From the sequence record DRR723986_6336: a stretch of DNA of 61,228 bases; one strand, given 5' to 3'. The notes under the pieces were generated by a model that was not told where the DNA came from, ran no database searches, and saw nothing but the letters and a program-made list of their open reading frames with translations. Positions within the stretch are counted from its first letter, which is position 1, and every line of letters starts with the position of its first letter. Positions 9,757 to 20,215 of the stretch are shown here, piece after piece. Both the position numbers and the translations under genes were made by a program.

Positions 9757-11873
9757 TGACAGACGCCACTCTAAGCACTCAAGACAATGCTCGACAGGTA
9801 TTGCAATCGGTATTCGGTTATTCGGACTTTCGCAACCACCAAGCAGAGATTGTCGAGCAACTGATCGACGGCGGTGATGCGCTGGTGTTAATGCCCACAG
9901 GCGGCGGTAAGTCACTGTGCTTTCAAATCCCGGCATTGATCCGCAACGGCACCGCTATCGTCATCTCGCCATTAATTGCGCTCATGCAGGACCAAGTTGA
10001 TGCCCTGCAGCAAAATGGCATTCGCGCCGCCTGCCTGAACTCTGCACTAGACGGTATGGCCGTACGCGACGTCGAGCAGCAGTTAACACACGGCGAGCTC
10101 GACCTACTTTACATCGCGCCAGAGCGGTTGATGATGCCGCGAATGCAGCGTTTGCTTTCGCAAGTGCACATCGCCTTATTCGCCATCGATGAAGCCCACT
10201 GTGTATCCCAATGGGGGCACGACTTCCGCCCCGAGTACATCCAGCTTTCAATCCTTCATCAGTATTTCCCCGACGTGCCGCGCATCGCCTTAACTGCAAC
10301 GGCCGACGAGCGCACCCAACAGGAAATTATTCAGCGTCTCGGCTTAGAGCAGGCACGCGTCTTCAACAACGGTTTTGACCGCCCGAATATCCGCTACCGC
10401 ATCGCTGAAAATAATGGCAATGCCCGCGAACAATTGCTGCGCTTTATACGCAATGAACACGACGGCGAGGCCGGCATTGTCTACTGCTTATCACGCAAAC
10501 GTGTCGACGACACCGCAAAGTGGCTCAGCGAGAAGGGGCTTAGGGCGCTGCCCTATCATGCGGGTCTCTCCAACGAGACTCGCCAACAAAACCAAAGCCG
10601 ATTTTTACGCGAAGACGGCATAATTATCGTGGCCACCATCGCGTTTGGCATGGGTATCGACAAACCCGATGTGAGGTTTGTTGCCCACCTTAACCTGCCA
10701 AAAAGCATCGAGGCCTATTACCAGGAAACCGGCCGCGCCGGGCGCGATGGCTTACCCTCTGACGCCTGGATGCTCTACGGCCTGCAGGATGTCATCACGC
10801 TGCGTCAAATGCAGGAAAGCTCCGACGCCGATGACAGCTACAAACGTATAGAGCGGCACAAATTAGATGCCATGCTTGGGCTTTGCGAACAGGAAAGCTG
10901 TCGGCGGCAGGCCCTGCTTCACTATTTTGGCGACAAGCTGGACAAGCCCTGTGGCAATTGCGACAACTGTCTATCGCCACCGGAAACATGGGATGCCACC
11001 GTCGCTGCGCAGAAGGCACTATCTTGCGCCTACCGAACCGGCCAGCGCTTTGGTGTCAATTATCTGGTAGACGTTTTGCAAGGTAAGACCAATAGCCGCA
11101 TTCAGCAATTCGGGCACGACAAACTCACGGTTTTCGGTATTGGCAAGGAACTGAATACTAGCCAATGGCGGGGCCTGTTTCGCCAGCTTATCGCCAGGCG
11201 CCTGCTGAGCGTAGACCTGGATGGCCATGGCAGCGTGCAGCTCAGCCAAAGTGCCAGACCGATTCTGCGCGGCGAGCAAACCTTAACCTTGCGCAAGCTG
11301 GCGAAGGTGAGCGCCGGTAAAACACGCTCCAGCAACTTCGCCAATACCGCCCACAGCCAACTGTGGGAAGCTCTGCGCGCTCACCGCAAACAACTGGCCG
11401 ACGAGCAAGGCGTTCCCGCCTACGTGATCTTTCACGATGCGACACTGGCTGAAATGGCGGAGAGGCAGCCGCAAAACCGCGAGCAACTCGCACTTATCTC
11501 CGGGATTGGCGAGCGCAAGCTCGACGCCTACGGAGACAGTTTTCTCGAGGTTATTCACGAGAATATTGGCAGCCAACCTCAATCCGGTGACAGCAATGCA
11601 GAGACTGTGTTGCTGCTCTGTCAGGGTATGACCCCGCTGGAAATTGCCCACCGCAGAGAGCTTACCGTCGCGACCGTATACCGCCACCTGGCAAAGGCGA
11701 TCCGCGAGGGCGAATTGGAGCTCGCTGACGTGGTCGCCCTCGACGAGGCCGAGCTGCAGGAAATTCGCTTTGCCTTCGAACACAGCGAAGACAAGCGCCT
11801 TAAGCCGATCTACGAGGCTCTTGGCGGCGAATACGACTACGGTATATTGGAGTGTGTACGCGCCGCCAGTTAA
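9756..11873 (+). CDS. recQ: ATP-dependent DNA helicase RecQ (RQC, HRDC, C-terminal HTH)
   Basis: [63 protein letters not shown] overlap with the upstream gene. Confidence 0.97.
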   Translation: MTDATLSTQDNARQVLQSVFGYSDFRNHQAEIVEQLIDGGDALVLMPTGGGKSLCFQIPALIRNGTAIVISPLIALMQDQVDALQQNGIRAACLNSALDGMAVRDVEQQLTHGELDLLYIAPERLMMPRMQRLLSQVHIALFAIDEAHCVSQWGHDFRPEYIQLSILHQYFPDVPRIALTATADERTQQEIIQRLGLEQARVFNNGFDRPNIRYRIAENNGNAREQLLRFIRNEHDGEAGIVYCLSRKRVDDTAKWLSEKGLRALPYHAGLSNETRQQNQSRFLREDGIIIVATIAFGMGIDKPDVRFVAHLNLPKSIEAYYQETGRAGRDGLPSDAWMLYGLQDVITLRQMQESSDADDSYKRIERHKLDAMLGLCEQESCRRQALLHYFGDKLDKPCGNCDNCLSPPETWDATVAAQKALSCAYRTGQRFGVNYLVDVLQGKTNSRIQQFGHDKLTVFGIGKELNTSQWRGLFRQLIARRLLSVDLDGHGSVQLSQSARPILRGEQTLTLRKLAKVSAGKTRSSNFANTAHSQLWEALRAHRKQLADEQGVPAYVIFHDATLAEMAERQPQNREQLALISGIGERKLDAYGDSFLEVIHENIGSQPQSGDSNAETVLLLCQGMTPLEIAHRRELTVATVYRHLAKAIREGELELADVVALDEAELQEIRFAFEHSEDKRLKPIYEALGGEYDYGILECVRAAS

Positions 11874-11954
11874 GCCAACTGCCAACAAGATCCAGCATTG
11901 CCTATACTGCGTACTACACAGTTTCGCAATTTGTATCACAGAGAGGATCTGACC

Positions 11955-12971
11955 TTGGTTTCCTGGCTTAGCCAACACACCCTTCCCCGCCGGCTCCTCT
12001 CCATTTTGCTTATCACGACTCTCGCCGCGCTGATGCTCTCCACCGCCGTTATTTGGGTGCCGCTCTTTTGGCTACTTGGATGGGGCTTTCCCGCAAGCCG
12101 GTCGGGCCTGCGTTGCCTTACATTTATCAGCCTGTTCCTCTTCTGCGAGGTCGCGGGCATTCTCGCCAGCACTTGGCTGTGGTTGCGCTACGCCATAACC
12201 GCTAACACCCAGTCCGAGGGCTACTTACGCGCCAACAGCGCGCTGCAATACTGGTGGGCAGACACCTTGCGACGCGGCGCAGAACGCCTGTTTCGCCTGC
12301 GTTTTGAAATCACCGGCCAAGAGGCCCTGGAAGGTAACGCCGCGATACTGCTGCCACGGCACACAAGTATTGGCGACACGGTATTGCCCATGTCTTTTTA
12401 TGCCATACCGAAGGCTTTTCGCGTGCGCTATGTTTTAAAACGCGAGCTGCTCATGGACCCCTGCCTGGATATCGTGGGTAACCGCCTACCCAACGTGTTC
12501 CTAAACCGCGTAGCCGAGGACATGGGGCCAGAACTCAGCGCTCTGAGCACCCTGGCCGCCACCGCCTCCGAGCAAGAGACGCTGATTATTTATATGGAAG
12601 GAACGCGGTTTTCGACGGCCAAGCGCCAGCGGCTGCTTGAGTCCTTTCAAAAAAAGAACGATCAGAAAGCCCTGCGAAATGCCGAGCAGTGGACCCACCT
12701 CTTGCCTATTCGGCCTGCCGGCGCACTGGCACTGATGGCCGGCGCCCCGGAAAAAGACCTCGTGTTTTTTGCACATAGCGGCTTCGAGAAGTCATCCAGC
12801 TTCGCCAGTTTGTTCAACGGCGGCTGGATGGATACCACCGTTAAACTCAAGTTTTGGCGCATACCCGCAAGTAGCATTCCTGCCGACGACGCTGGCCGAC
12901 GCGAGCTACTGATAAACCAATGGCATCGAATGCAAGATGAAGTCGATGCTATGCATCGCGGTGTGGGCTAG
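11955..12971 (+). CDS. PlsC-like acyltransferase
   Basis: HX4D (HTSIGD) and EGTR motifs; two N-terminal TM segments. TTG start after GAGAGGA is inferred. Confidence 0.8.
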   Translation: MVSWLSQHTLPRRLLSILLITTLAALMLSTAVIWVPLFWLLGWGFPASRSGLRCLTFISLFLFCEVAGILASTWLWLRYAITANTQSEGYLRANSALQYWWADTLRRGAERLFRLRFEITGQEALEGNAAILLPRHTSIGDTVLPMSFYAIPKAFRVRYVLKRELLMDPCLDIVGNRLPNVFLNRVAEDMGPELSALSTLAATASEQETLIIYMEGTRFSTAKRQRLLESFQKKNDQKALRNAEQWTHLLPIRPAGALALMAGAPEKDLVFFAHSGFEKSSSFASLFNGGWMDTTVKLKFWRIPASSIPADDAGRRELLINQWHRMQDEVDAMHRGVG

Positions 12972-13641
12972 TCTGCTCGGCAGCAATATTTTCGATAAGC
13001 CCCATCACTAAACGCACCGCAGCGCGCACCACGGTCCCTTTTGCAATGGCATAGTCGCTGCGCAACCAGTGCGTTGCCGCCTGCCGCATGGCGCCAACCA
13101 GCGACATACCCAGCATCAGCGCTTCCTCGTCGTCGAGCTGCCACTGAGGGTAGACGTAACGTGCCAGCTCCAGAATCAAGTCTGAAAAAGACATTATGTA
13201 ACCGTGGTACAACTGCTCAACTTCTGGACTGATTCCCTCTAACTCCACCATACATACGCGCGCGACGCGGGGATCTTCCAGCGCGGTGAAGTAGGCGCCC
13301 AGCATTCGCTCAACAAGCTGCCTTACCGACATGCCAGGCGGCGCATCCATCACACTGTCGTAAATGCGCTGGCGTATCTGCCCCATATGAAGCTCGTACA
13401 CTTCGGTTAATAGCGTCTGTAAATTGTCAAAACTTTCGTAAAAGTAGCGATCGGTTAATTTTGCCTGGCGGCATAATTTGCGCACCGTCGCAGCACGAAA
13501 ACCCTCTGTGCCAAAGATTTCTAATCCTGCCTCAAGGAATTGCTGCCGCCGAGCAGCCCGCCTCTCCTCCGCCTTTACACCGCCGTATACCCGGCCACTG
13601 GTCGCATTTTCAGCGACGGTTTTCACACTGTCATTTGCCAT
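12949..13641 (-). CDS. TetR/AcrR-family regulator
   Basis: RVYGG...RRQQFLEAGLEIFGTEGFRAATVRKLCRQAKLTDRYFYESF HTH; divergent from the BVMO operon. Confidence 0.9.
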   Translation of the reverse strand: MANDSVKTVAENATSGRVYGGVKAEERRAARRQQFLEAGLEIFGTEGFRAATVRKLCRQAKLTDRYFYESFDNLQTLLTEVYELHMGQIRQRIYDSVMDAPPGMSVRQLVERMLGAYFTALEDPRVARVCMVELEGISPEVEQLYHGYIMSFSDLILELARYVYPQWQLDDEEALMLGMSLVGAMRQAATHWLRSDYAIAKGTVVRAAVRLVMGLIENIAAEQTSPHRDA

Positions 13642-13649
13642 GACAGCAA

Positions 13650-13671
13650 TTTGACATCACGCGTCGTCAAA
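13650..13671. promoter_or_regulatory. Candidate TetR operator (inverted repeat)
   Basis: TTTGAC-ATCACGCGTC-GTCAAA in the 96-bp divergent intergenic region; the left arm is also a TTGACA -35 hexamer. Confidence 0.55.
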
Positions 13672-13737
13672 AGTAAAGTGAAGACACTTGTCATCAGATA
13701 TAGCCAAATGGGCTGCTCACAGATAGGAAAAACAACG

Positions 13738-15213
13738 ATGAGTGAACAACAGCAGGCAAGCCGCCATCAGGTTGTGATTATTGGCAGTGGCTTCGGAGGG
13801 CAGTGCGCGGCAATAAACCTGAAGAAAAATGGTATCGATGACTACGTCATCCTCGAACGACGCAACTTTATGGGCGGCACCTGGTGCCAGAATACCTACC
13901 CCGGCGCCGCGGTAGATGTGCAATCAGCGCTCTACTCCATCGCATCAGAGCCCTATGACTGGTCACAAATGTTTGCCGACGGTGACGAGCTACAACGCTA
14001 TACCAATCACGTCATCGATAAACACCGTCTCAGAGAGAAAACACGCACTGGCTGCAATGTCAGCAGTATTCGCTGGCAGGAAGCGTCGCAACAGTGGCAG
14101 GTGAGTTGTGAGGACGGCCGCCGCTTTCTCGCGCAATTTATCATTAATGCCTCTGGCCCGCTAAGCACCCCGGTTATTCCGGCTTTCAAAGGTCGCGAGC
14201 GCTTCGAGGGGCACAGCTTCCACACTAATAATTGGGATCACAATTACGACTACCGCGGTAAAAAGGTGGCGATTATTGGCAGTGGCGCCAGTGCAGCACA
14301 AGTGATTCCCGCTATCGCAGAAGACGTTGCGCAATTACATGTCTTTCAACGCAGTCCCCACTGGGTGATTCCACGCCCAGACTATCGATTCAAACCTTGG
14401 CAACGCGCGATTCTGCGGCGCCGCTGGGCGTACAAGCTACTTCGCCAAGCCGTTTATTGGGCACTGGAGAGCCGCGTTATTGGCTTTAAATACTCCGAAG
14501 CCATGCTGAATATTCTCGCCAAACGCCGCGCCCTCAAGCACATTAACAAACAGATTGCCGCCCCTGAGCTGCGCGCTAAAGTAACGCCGGACTACACCAT
14601 CGGCTGCAAACGTATCATCTTGTCAGATACCCTCTACCCCGCCTACTGCCGCGATAACGTCACGCTTCACTGCAGCGAAGACGGCATTGCCGAGATTACC
14701 GAGCGCGGCATTCGCACGCAGCAGGGCCAAGACCTGGATCTGGACTTGATCGTCTACTCCACCGGCTACGATGCCACTGACGGTGTTATCTCATACTCCG
14801 TTGAAGGCCGCGGCGGCCAAACCTTGCAATCGGCATGGGCGGAGTTCCCACGGGCGTACCTGGGCACCAGTATGCCCGGCTTCCCGAATTTATTTGTGGT
14901 GACAGGGCCGAATACCGGCATCGGCCACACCTCGGCCATCGTGATCATCGAGGCGCAGATGGACTACATCATGAACAGCATTCGCGCGGTTCAACGCAGC
15001 AATAGTAAGACTATTGAGGTCAATCGCGACGCAGAGAAACGCTACACCGAGCACATCCACAGCGAAATGGAGCGCACCGTGTGGAAGTCCGGCGGCTGCA
15101 ACAGCTGGTATCAGAGCAAAAGTGGCCATGTCATCGCCATGTTCCCGGGCTTCAGTTTCACCTATCGACGCTGGACACGGAATTTCCGCCCCAACGACCA
15201 CCAACTTTCCTAG
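13738..15213 (+). CDS. Baeyer-Villiger-type flavin monooxygenase
   Basis: GSGFGG and GSGASA Rossmann motifs; FxGxxxHxxxWD fingerprint (FEGHSFHTNNWD); GGTWCQNTYPG. Start at ATG 13738. Confidence 0.9.
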   Translation: MSEQQQASRHQVVIIGSGFGGQCAAINLKKNGIDDYVILERRNFMGGTWCQNTYPGAAVDVQSALYSIASEPYDWSQMFADGDELQRYTNHVIDKHRLREKTRTGCNVSSIRWQEASQQWQVSCEDGRRFLAQFIINASGPLSTPVIPAFKGRERFEGHSFHTNNWDHNYDYRGKKVAIIGSGASAAQVIPAIAEDVAQLHVFQRSPHWVIPRPDYRFKPWQRAILRRRWAYKLLRQAVYWALESRVIGFKYSEAMLNILAKRRALKHINKQIAAPELRAKVTPDYTIGCKRIILSDTLYPAYCRDNVTLHCSEDGIAEITERGIRTQQGQDLDLDLIVYSTGYDATDGVISYSVEGRGGQTLQSAWAEFPRAYLGTSMPGFPNLFVVTGPNTGIGHTSAIVIIEAQMDYIMNSIRAVQRSNSKTIEVNRDAEKRYTEHIHSEMERTVWKSGGCNSWYQSKSGHVIAMFPGFSFTYRRWTRNFRPNDHQLS

Positions 15214-15221
15214 GCAAAATA

Positions 15222-16037
15222 ATGAAAAACCTGATTAACAAAGTTGTTGTAATCACGGGGGCCGGCTCGGGTATGGGTCGCGCCTACGCCCATGCCTTCT
15301 CCGCTCAAGGTTGCAAACTCGCGCTGTGCGACCTCGACAGCGACGGCTTAACGGAGACCGTGGCGCAGCTAGACACCAACTCGGCAGATGTCTTTCATCA
15401 GAGCGTAGACGTCAGCGACCATGCCGCCATGACGGATTTTGCCGACGCGGTGAAACGTCAATTGGGGCCGGCACATATTGTTATCAATAACGCCGGCATC
15501 GAAGGCAGCGCCAAACCAACCTGGGCAACAGACCTTAGTGACTATCGCCGTGTAATGGATGTGAACTACTTCGGCGTTATCCACGGCTGCCAGGCCTTTC
15601 TCCCCCACCTACGGGCCAATAATGAGGGTGCCATTGTCAATATTTCCAGCATCTTCGGTTTGGTGGGCACCCCGAATCACAGCGACTACTGCGGCAGTAA
15701 ATTTGCGGTGCGCGGCTATACCGAAGCACTGATGGCCGAACTGCATACCAGTCCCATTCAAGTCCATCTCGTGCACCCGGGCGGCATCGACACAAATATT
15801 GCGCGCCAGGATCGCAGCCGCGCTTTCTCCGACCACTTCCTCAGTACCAAACCGGAGGCAATTGCTGCCAAACTCATCACCTGTATTCGCCGCAATCAGC
15901 CGCGCCTGGTGTACGGCAACGGGTCGGGCAAAACCTGGTTGGGCGCGCGCTTCGTCCCACTTAAGTGGCTAAGCAGTATCATATGGCGCGAAATGCGCCC
16001 GGTCATAGACCTAAGCGAATACCCCAAACAACCTTAA
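15222..16037 (+). CDS. Short-chain dehydrogenase/reductase
   Basis: TGAGSGMG, NNAG, YCGSK. Confidence 0.9.
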   Translation: MKNLINKVVVITGAGSGMGRAYAHAFSAQGCKLALCDLDSDGLTETVAQLDTNSADVFHQSVDVSDHAAMTDFADAVKRQLGPAHIVINNAGIEGSAKPTWATDLSDYRRVMDVNYFGVIHGCQAFLPHLRANNEGAIVNISSIFGLVGTPNHSDYCGSKFAVRGYTEALMAELHTSPIQVHLVHPGGIDTNIARQDRSRAFSDHFLSTKPEAIAAKLITCIRRNQPRLVYGNGSGKTWLGARFVPLKWLSSIIWREMRPVIDLSEYPKQP

Positions 16038-16076
16038 CCCGCCATAATAATTCCAACACAATAAAGGAACGCGCTC

Positions 16077-17024
16077 GTGAAAAAGTTTCTGCTGATTGCA
16101 TTTGTCACCCTGATTGCCGGTGGACTGTGGAGTTATCACAGCTACCCCGCTTTAGGACACCTCCTGTACACCGCCAGCATGGCAGGCGAGGCATCGATCT
16201 ATGGCTTCAAAGAGCGCCGCGTCGATATCGGCGAAGTGGAGATGAGCTTGTATCAAGGCGGCAACCCAGAGCAGCCCACATTGCTGATGCTGCATGGCTA
16301 CAGCGCCGACAAAAATGTCTGGCTACGCTTTGCCAAACACTTCGTCGACGACTACCACATTATTATCCCGGATATGGCCGGTCACGGTGACACCGCATTT
16401 GTCAGTGGCGGCGACTACAGTATCACCGCGCAATCCCGGCGCCTCCAAGGCCTGTTGGATGCGCTGAACATCGACCAGGTGCATATCATCGGCAACTCCA
16501 TGGGCGGTTTCATCAGCGCCGACTTTTCACTCAGCTACCCAGAGCGGGTATTAACGACCGGGCTCGTAGACCCAGCGGGAGTGAATTCGCCTGAGCCCAG
16601 CACAATGCAAAAATTACTCGCCGAAGGGCGCAACCCCTTCCTCGTTGAAAAACGCGATCAGTTCCGTGAGTTCTACGCGATGACGATGGCCAAGCCGCCG
16701 TGGATGCCCGGCGTCGTGCTGGATGCAATGGCTGAAGACTACCAGCAGCGTCGCACTGAACTCGCTGAAATCTTCAACGACTTTCACAGTACCGCTTTGC
16801 TAGAACCACGATTGGCCAATCTGCGCTCGCCTGCTTTATTACTGTGGGGCAGTGAAGACCAACTTATCCATGTAAGTAGTGTCGACACCTGGCGCGCGGC
16901 GATTCCTACGCTGGAAATCACCGTGTGGGAAGGCATCGGCCATATGCCCATGCTGGAAATTCCCGCAGAGAGTGCCGCGCGCTACCAACAGTTTTTGACC
17001 AAATACTCGGAGTCAGCCCAATGA
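16077..17024 (+). CDS. Alpha/beta-fold lipase/esterase with N-terminal signal or anchor
   Basis: HG oxyanion motif, GNSMGG nucleophile, GIGHMP; hydrophobic N-terminus. Confidence 0.88.
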   Translation: MKKFLLIAFVTLIAGGLWSYHSYPALGHLLYTASMAGEASIYGFKERRVDIGEVEMSLYQGGNPEQPTLLMLHGYSADKNVWLRFAKHFVDDYHIIIPDMAGHGDTAFVSGGDYSITAQSRRLQGLLDALNIDQVHIIGNSMGGFISADFSLSYPERVLTTGLVDPAGVNSPEPSTMQKLLAEGRNPFLVEKRDQFREFYAMTMAKPPWMPGVVLDAMAEDYQQRRTELAEIFNDFHSTALLEPRLANLRSPALLLWGSEDQLIHVSSVDTWRAAIPTLEITVWEGIGHMPMLEIPAESAARYQQFLTKYSESAQ

Positions 17025-17863
17025 AAAACCTAGCCGGCAAGGTCGTCGCACTTACAGGTGCTGGCTCGGGAATAGGCCGGGCCCTCGCCCTGCAACTGGC
17101 GGAAAAGAAATGCCACTTGGCGCTGGCCGATATCGATGAAACCGGGCTCGAGGAAACGGTCCGCCTTATTCCCGCCAGCGACCTAAAAGTCACTCAGCAA
17201 GTGCTGGATGTCAGCGATAAAGCAGCGGTATTCAACTGGGCCGACACGGTGCAGCGCGATCACGGTCAAGTGAATATCGTCATCAACAATGCAGGCGTTG
17301 CATTGTCAGGCACCGTAGCGGGCGTAAGCCTGGAAGAATACGAGTGGATTATGGATATTAATTTCTGGGGAACGGTCTACGGCAGCAAGGCCTTCCTCCC
17401 CCTGCTGGAGCAATCCGGAAGCGGGCATATCGTCAATATATCAAGCGTGTTTGGCTTAACCGCACAACCACTAATGAGCGGCTACAACGCCAGTAAGTAC
17501 GCGGTGCGGGGCTTTACCGAGTCACTGCGCCAGGACCTGGAGCTGACCGACTCCAGCGTTAGCGCCACCTGCGTTCACCCCGGTGGGATTAAAACCAACA
17601 TCGCAAAGCGCTCAAAGGTGAACGCCAGCGTGGCCGCGGCCACCGGCAACAGCGCCAATGACGCCGTAAATCAGTTTGAAAAGCTATTCTTCAATACGCC
17701 AGAGAGTGCCGCAAAGGTGATTATCAAAGGCGTGGAGAAAAATCGCCGCCGCGTACTGATCGGCCCGGACGCCCGGGTTTTTGACTTCTTAGCGCGCGCC
17801 TTCCCGGCGGGCTATCAACGCCTGTTCACCTTTGCGGTGAAATCACGCCGCCAAGCCCATTGA
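17021..17863 (+). CDS. Short-chain dehydrogenase/reductase
   Basis: TGAGSGIG, NNAG, YNASK; ATGA overlap with the esterase stop. Confidence 0.9.
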   Translation: MKNLAGKVVALTGAGSGIGRALALQLAEKKCHLALADIDETGLEETVRLIPASDLKVTQQVLDVSDKAAVFNWADTVQRDHGQVNIVINNAGVALSGTVAGVSLEEYEWIMDINFWGTVYGSKAFLPLLEQSGSGHIVNISSVFGLTAQPLMSGYNASKYAVRGFTESLRQDLELTDSSVSATCVHPGGIKTNIAKRSKVNASVAAATGNSANDAVNQFEKLFFNTPESAAKVIIKGVEKNRRRVLIGPDARVFDFLARAFPAGYQRLFTFAVKSRRQAH

Positions 17864-17872
17864 TGACCGCTC

Positions 17873-17901
17873 GGAGGTTGGCAGCGCCCCTGCCAGCCTC
17901 C
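17873..17901. terminator. Hairpin between convergent genes
   Basis: GGAGGTTGGCAG-CGCCC-CTGCCAGCCTCC; no strong U-tract. Confidence 0.5.
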
Positions 17902-17916
17902 AAACAGCGCGCTGCC

Positions 17917-18789
17917 TCAGTTACCGAAGAGTTTATTAAAAGCCTTATCTAACGCCTTATCGACAACGTTATCAGTTTGTTTGTCGACTTCCTCTTCCGT
18001 TCTATCCTTTGCTCGTTCTTGCTGGCGTTCAGCCTTTTGTTGAAAGATGCTGCCAAAACTAAAGCCGGCACTGCCCTGCGCGTTCTGCTCATCACTTTCC
18101 ACTTCAGCGCCTGCTGAAATCGCTGCACCAAAGTTGCCTAAGTTAGGCATCTGCATCGGCTCTGCAGGCAGCGCAAAACGCCCCTTATCGATTTTCTTGC
18201 CCGACAACGCGACAACTTTCATGTCATTGCCGACACGAAGATACCCGTAGCCGCGCTTTCGCAACTGCTCGAACATCTCATCGGCTTGATCAGAATTTGA
18301 TCCACTGGCTTTAATCATGCTGCGCATGAAGCCCATCATTGCATCGCGCATTTCCCTGGCGGCGGCATCCTTTGATAGCACCATTTCCACCTGATGCCGG
18401 CCCTCTTCATCAGTGTAATCGGCGATCCACACCTCACCTTTCACACCTGCCACCGTTTCTTTTCGGCCGGTATTTCGCAAGCTGTGAACGCCCGTCGCGC
18501 TCGGGCCTACATCGGGCATCATTCCCCCGAACATTTTCATCGCCGCGGAGGCGTCAATAACGGTCTCCTCGCCCTCGGCACCACTGACAACATAGAGCGT
18601 GCCGTTTCTGTGTAACATGTAGCCATCGCGGTCTGTCTGCATACGCAGGTACTCTTCACCGCGAAACTCCAGAGTATTTCGCTCCCCATCTGATTCGATA
18701 GTTGCCGTACCGGCGGTCACATTCGCGCCCACCACAACGAATGACAGAGCGAGACAATAGCGGAGGGTTTTATTGATTGGTGTGTTCAT
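17917..18789 (-). CDS. Exported protein, DUF4412-like
   Basis: Signal peptide; TGRKETVAG and FALPAE motifs resemble DUF4412/GLPGLI-type proteins. Start taken at ATG 18789. Confidence 0.55.
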   Translation of the reverse strand: MNTPINKTLRYCLALSFVVVGANVTAGTATIESDGERNTLEFRGEEYLRMQTDRDGYMLHRNGTLYVVSGAEGEETVIDASAAMKMFGGMMPDVGPSATGVHSLRNTGRKETVAGVKGEVWIADYTDEEGRHQVEMVLSKDAAAREMRDAMMGFMRSMIKASGSNSDQADEMFEQLRKRGYGYLRVGNDMKVVALSGKKIDKGRFALPAEPMQMPNLGNFGAAISAGAEVESDEQNAQGSAGFSFGSIFQQKAERQQERAKDRTEEEVDKQTDNVVDKALDKAFNKLFGN

Positions 18790-18914
18790 TGTTATCGTCC
18801 TTGAGATGCGTTCCATATCCTTTGGCAGCGCACGGAGACAGCGCTGGCTCACGATGTAGAATGTATCAGGAGAAGGAGCGATTCACTAGCGCCAACCTCC
18901 CCCTGCTGTGAACC

Positions 18915-19634
18915 TTAGTCAGACAGGTAGTATTCTACCGTCGACACAACCCGCAAACGCTTTATATGCGGATTGTTGCGATCTCGGTCGCTGATCGAGA
19001 ACTGGCCTTGGCTCGCGCGTTTGATTTTGCCCAGAACGCTCTGTGAGTCTGCAGCAAACTTTAGTGCAACCTCTCTGGCTTTCGTCGTGGCTTCCTCGAT
19101 CATCACCGGTTTGACTTCATTCAAGCGCGTAAACAGATACTCGGTCTGCGACTGGTAATCACCGCCCGTTAACACAATCCCCTGCTTACCTAGCTGCGAA
19201 ACCTGGCCCATCAGCTGGCGGACGGCGTCCACCTTCGTGGAATATACCGTTACCGACTGGCTCGCTGTATAGCGAAACTCCGCGCGTCCGCCGCCACCGT
19301 ATTGTTGTGCCGATTTATCGATAATGACGGGTGCCGCCCGCGTGATCTCCTGCGCGGTAATGCCATTTTCAAGCAGAAAGCTGCTAACCGCTGCCGCATT
19401 CGCTTCAAGCTGATCATAGAGCGCGCCGAGCTGATTGCTGGCCAAGGTATATTGAATGGGCCAGATGACAATATCAGCTTTATACTCACGTTCAGACAAG
19501 CCTTTCACACGCACGCTGCGCTCATACTGCTTAAAGTCATGAACGGCACCGGCAAGCAACACCCCCAGCGAGGCCAGACCGATTATCAGGCTGACGCCCA
19601 GCATAGCGGCACTGCTTCGGGAAAAGAGATTCAT
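18915..19634 (-). CDS. SIMPL (DUF541) domain protein
   Basis: VRVKGLSERE; IKRASQGQFSISDRD; RVVSTVEYYL. Confidence 0.88.
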   Translation of the reverse strand: MNLFSRSSAAMLGVSLIIGLASLGVLLAGAVHDFKQYERSVRVKGLSEREYKADIVIWPIQYTLASNQLGALYDQLEANAAAVSSFLLENGITAQEITRAAPVIIDKSAQQYGGGGRAEFRYTASQSVTVYSTKVDAVRQLMGQVSQLGKQGIVLTGGDYQSQTEYLFTRLNEVKPVMIEEATTKAREVALKFAADSQSVLGKIKRASQGQFSISDRDRNNPHIKRLRVVSTVEYYLSD

Positions 19635-19706
19635 CGTATTGTCCTCGTTAGGGGCGGCATAGTGATAGCTAACAGACCCTCATCGCTGAAATAAATTCCA
19701 GCCGTT

Positions 19707-20120
19707 CTAGCGATGAAGCTCGCCTGCCCGCTCGGGCTGATAAATCACTTCTTCTATTCGCACCTGCAATACACCACCAGAGGGCTTTGGCCACTCGATA
19801 GTATCGCCCTGAGAAAGCCCCAGCAAAGCGCTTCCTACCGGCGCCAAAATCGAGATTTTATCACCCTGACCATCAGCATCCCGCGGGTATACTAAGGTCA
19901 TACAAAACTCGCGGTCTGTCGAAACTTCTTTAAAGCGCACCGTCGAGTTCATACTCACTACTGAGGGCGGCATGTCGCTTGGCGAAACAATTTCTGCGCG
20001 CCCCAGCTCGACCTCCAACTCCTCGCAGCCCGGCGCATTGGCCGCCGCCGGCGAGTCCAGCAAAGCCTCAAGACGCTCCGCGTCCAAGGATGAAATAGTA
20101 ATATTTGGCCTGATATCCAT
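19707..20120 (-). CDS. rnk: Nucleoside diphosphate kinase regulator Rnk
   Basis: ISSLDAERLE; VVSMNSTVRF; ISILAPVGSALLGL; YQPERAG. Confidence 0.92.
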   Translation of the reverse strand: MDIRPNITISSLDAERLEALLDSPAAANAPGCEELEVELGRAEIVSPSDMPPSVVSMNSTVRFKEVSTDREFCMTLVYPRDADGQGDKISILAPVGSALLGLSQGDTIEWPKPSGGVLQVRIEEVIYQPERAGELHR

Positions 20121-20215
20121 GATGTCTCTCTTTGTTACGTCCAGCCTTTCCACCTATGCGACATAGCGAACACCCTCGCGCGGCGAGCGTGTCTGTGGAG
20201 GAAATTAAAATGAGG

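Noticed and set aside
11600-11873. C-terminal HTH extension of RecQ as a novel fusion
   Set aside because: RecQ proteins of about 710 aa with HRDC plus HTH are a known architecture, for example in pseudomonads.
11283-11978. 231-aa minus-strand ORF
   Set aside because: Antisense to the recQ 3' end, with no domain features.
17873-18900. 10-bp inverted match (GGAGGTTGGC / GCCAACCTCC) flanking the DUF4412-like gene, as mobile-element ends
   Set aside because: Short, with no transposase or target-site duplication; the left copy is explained by a local hairpin.
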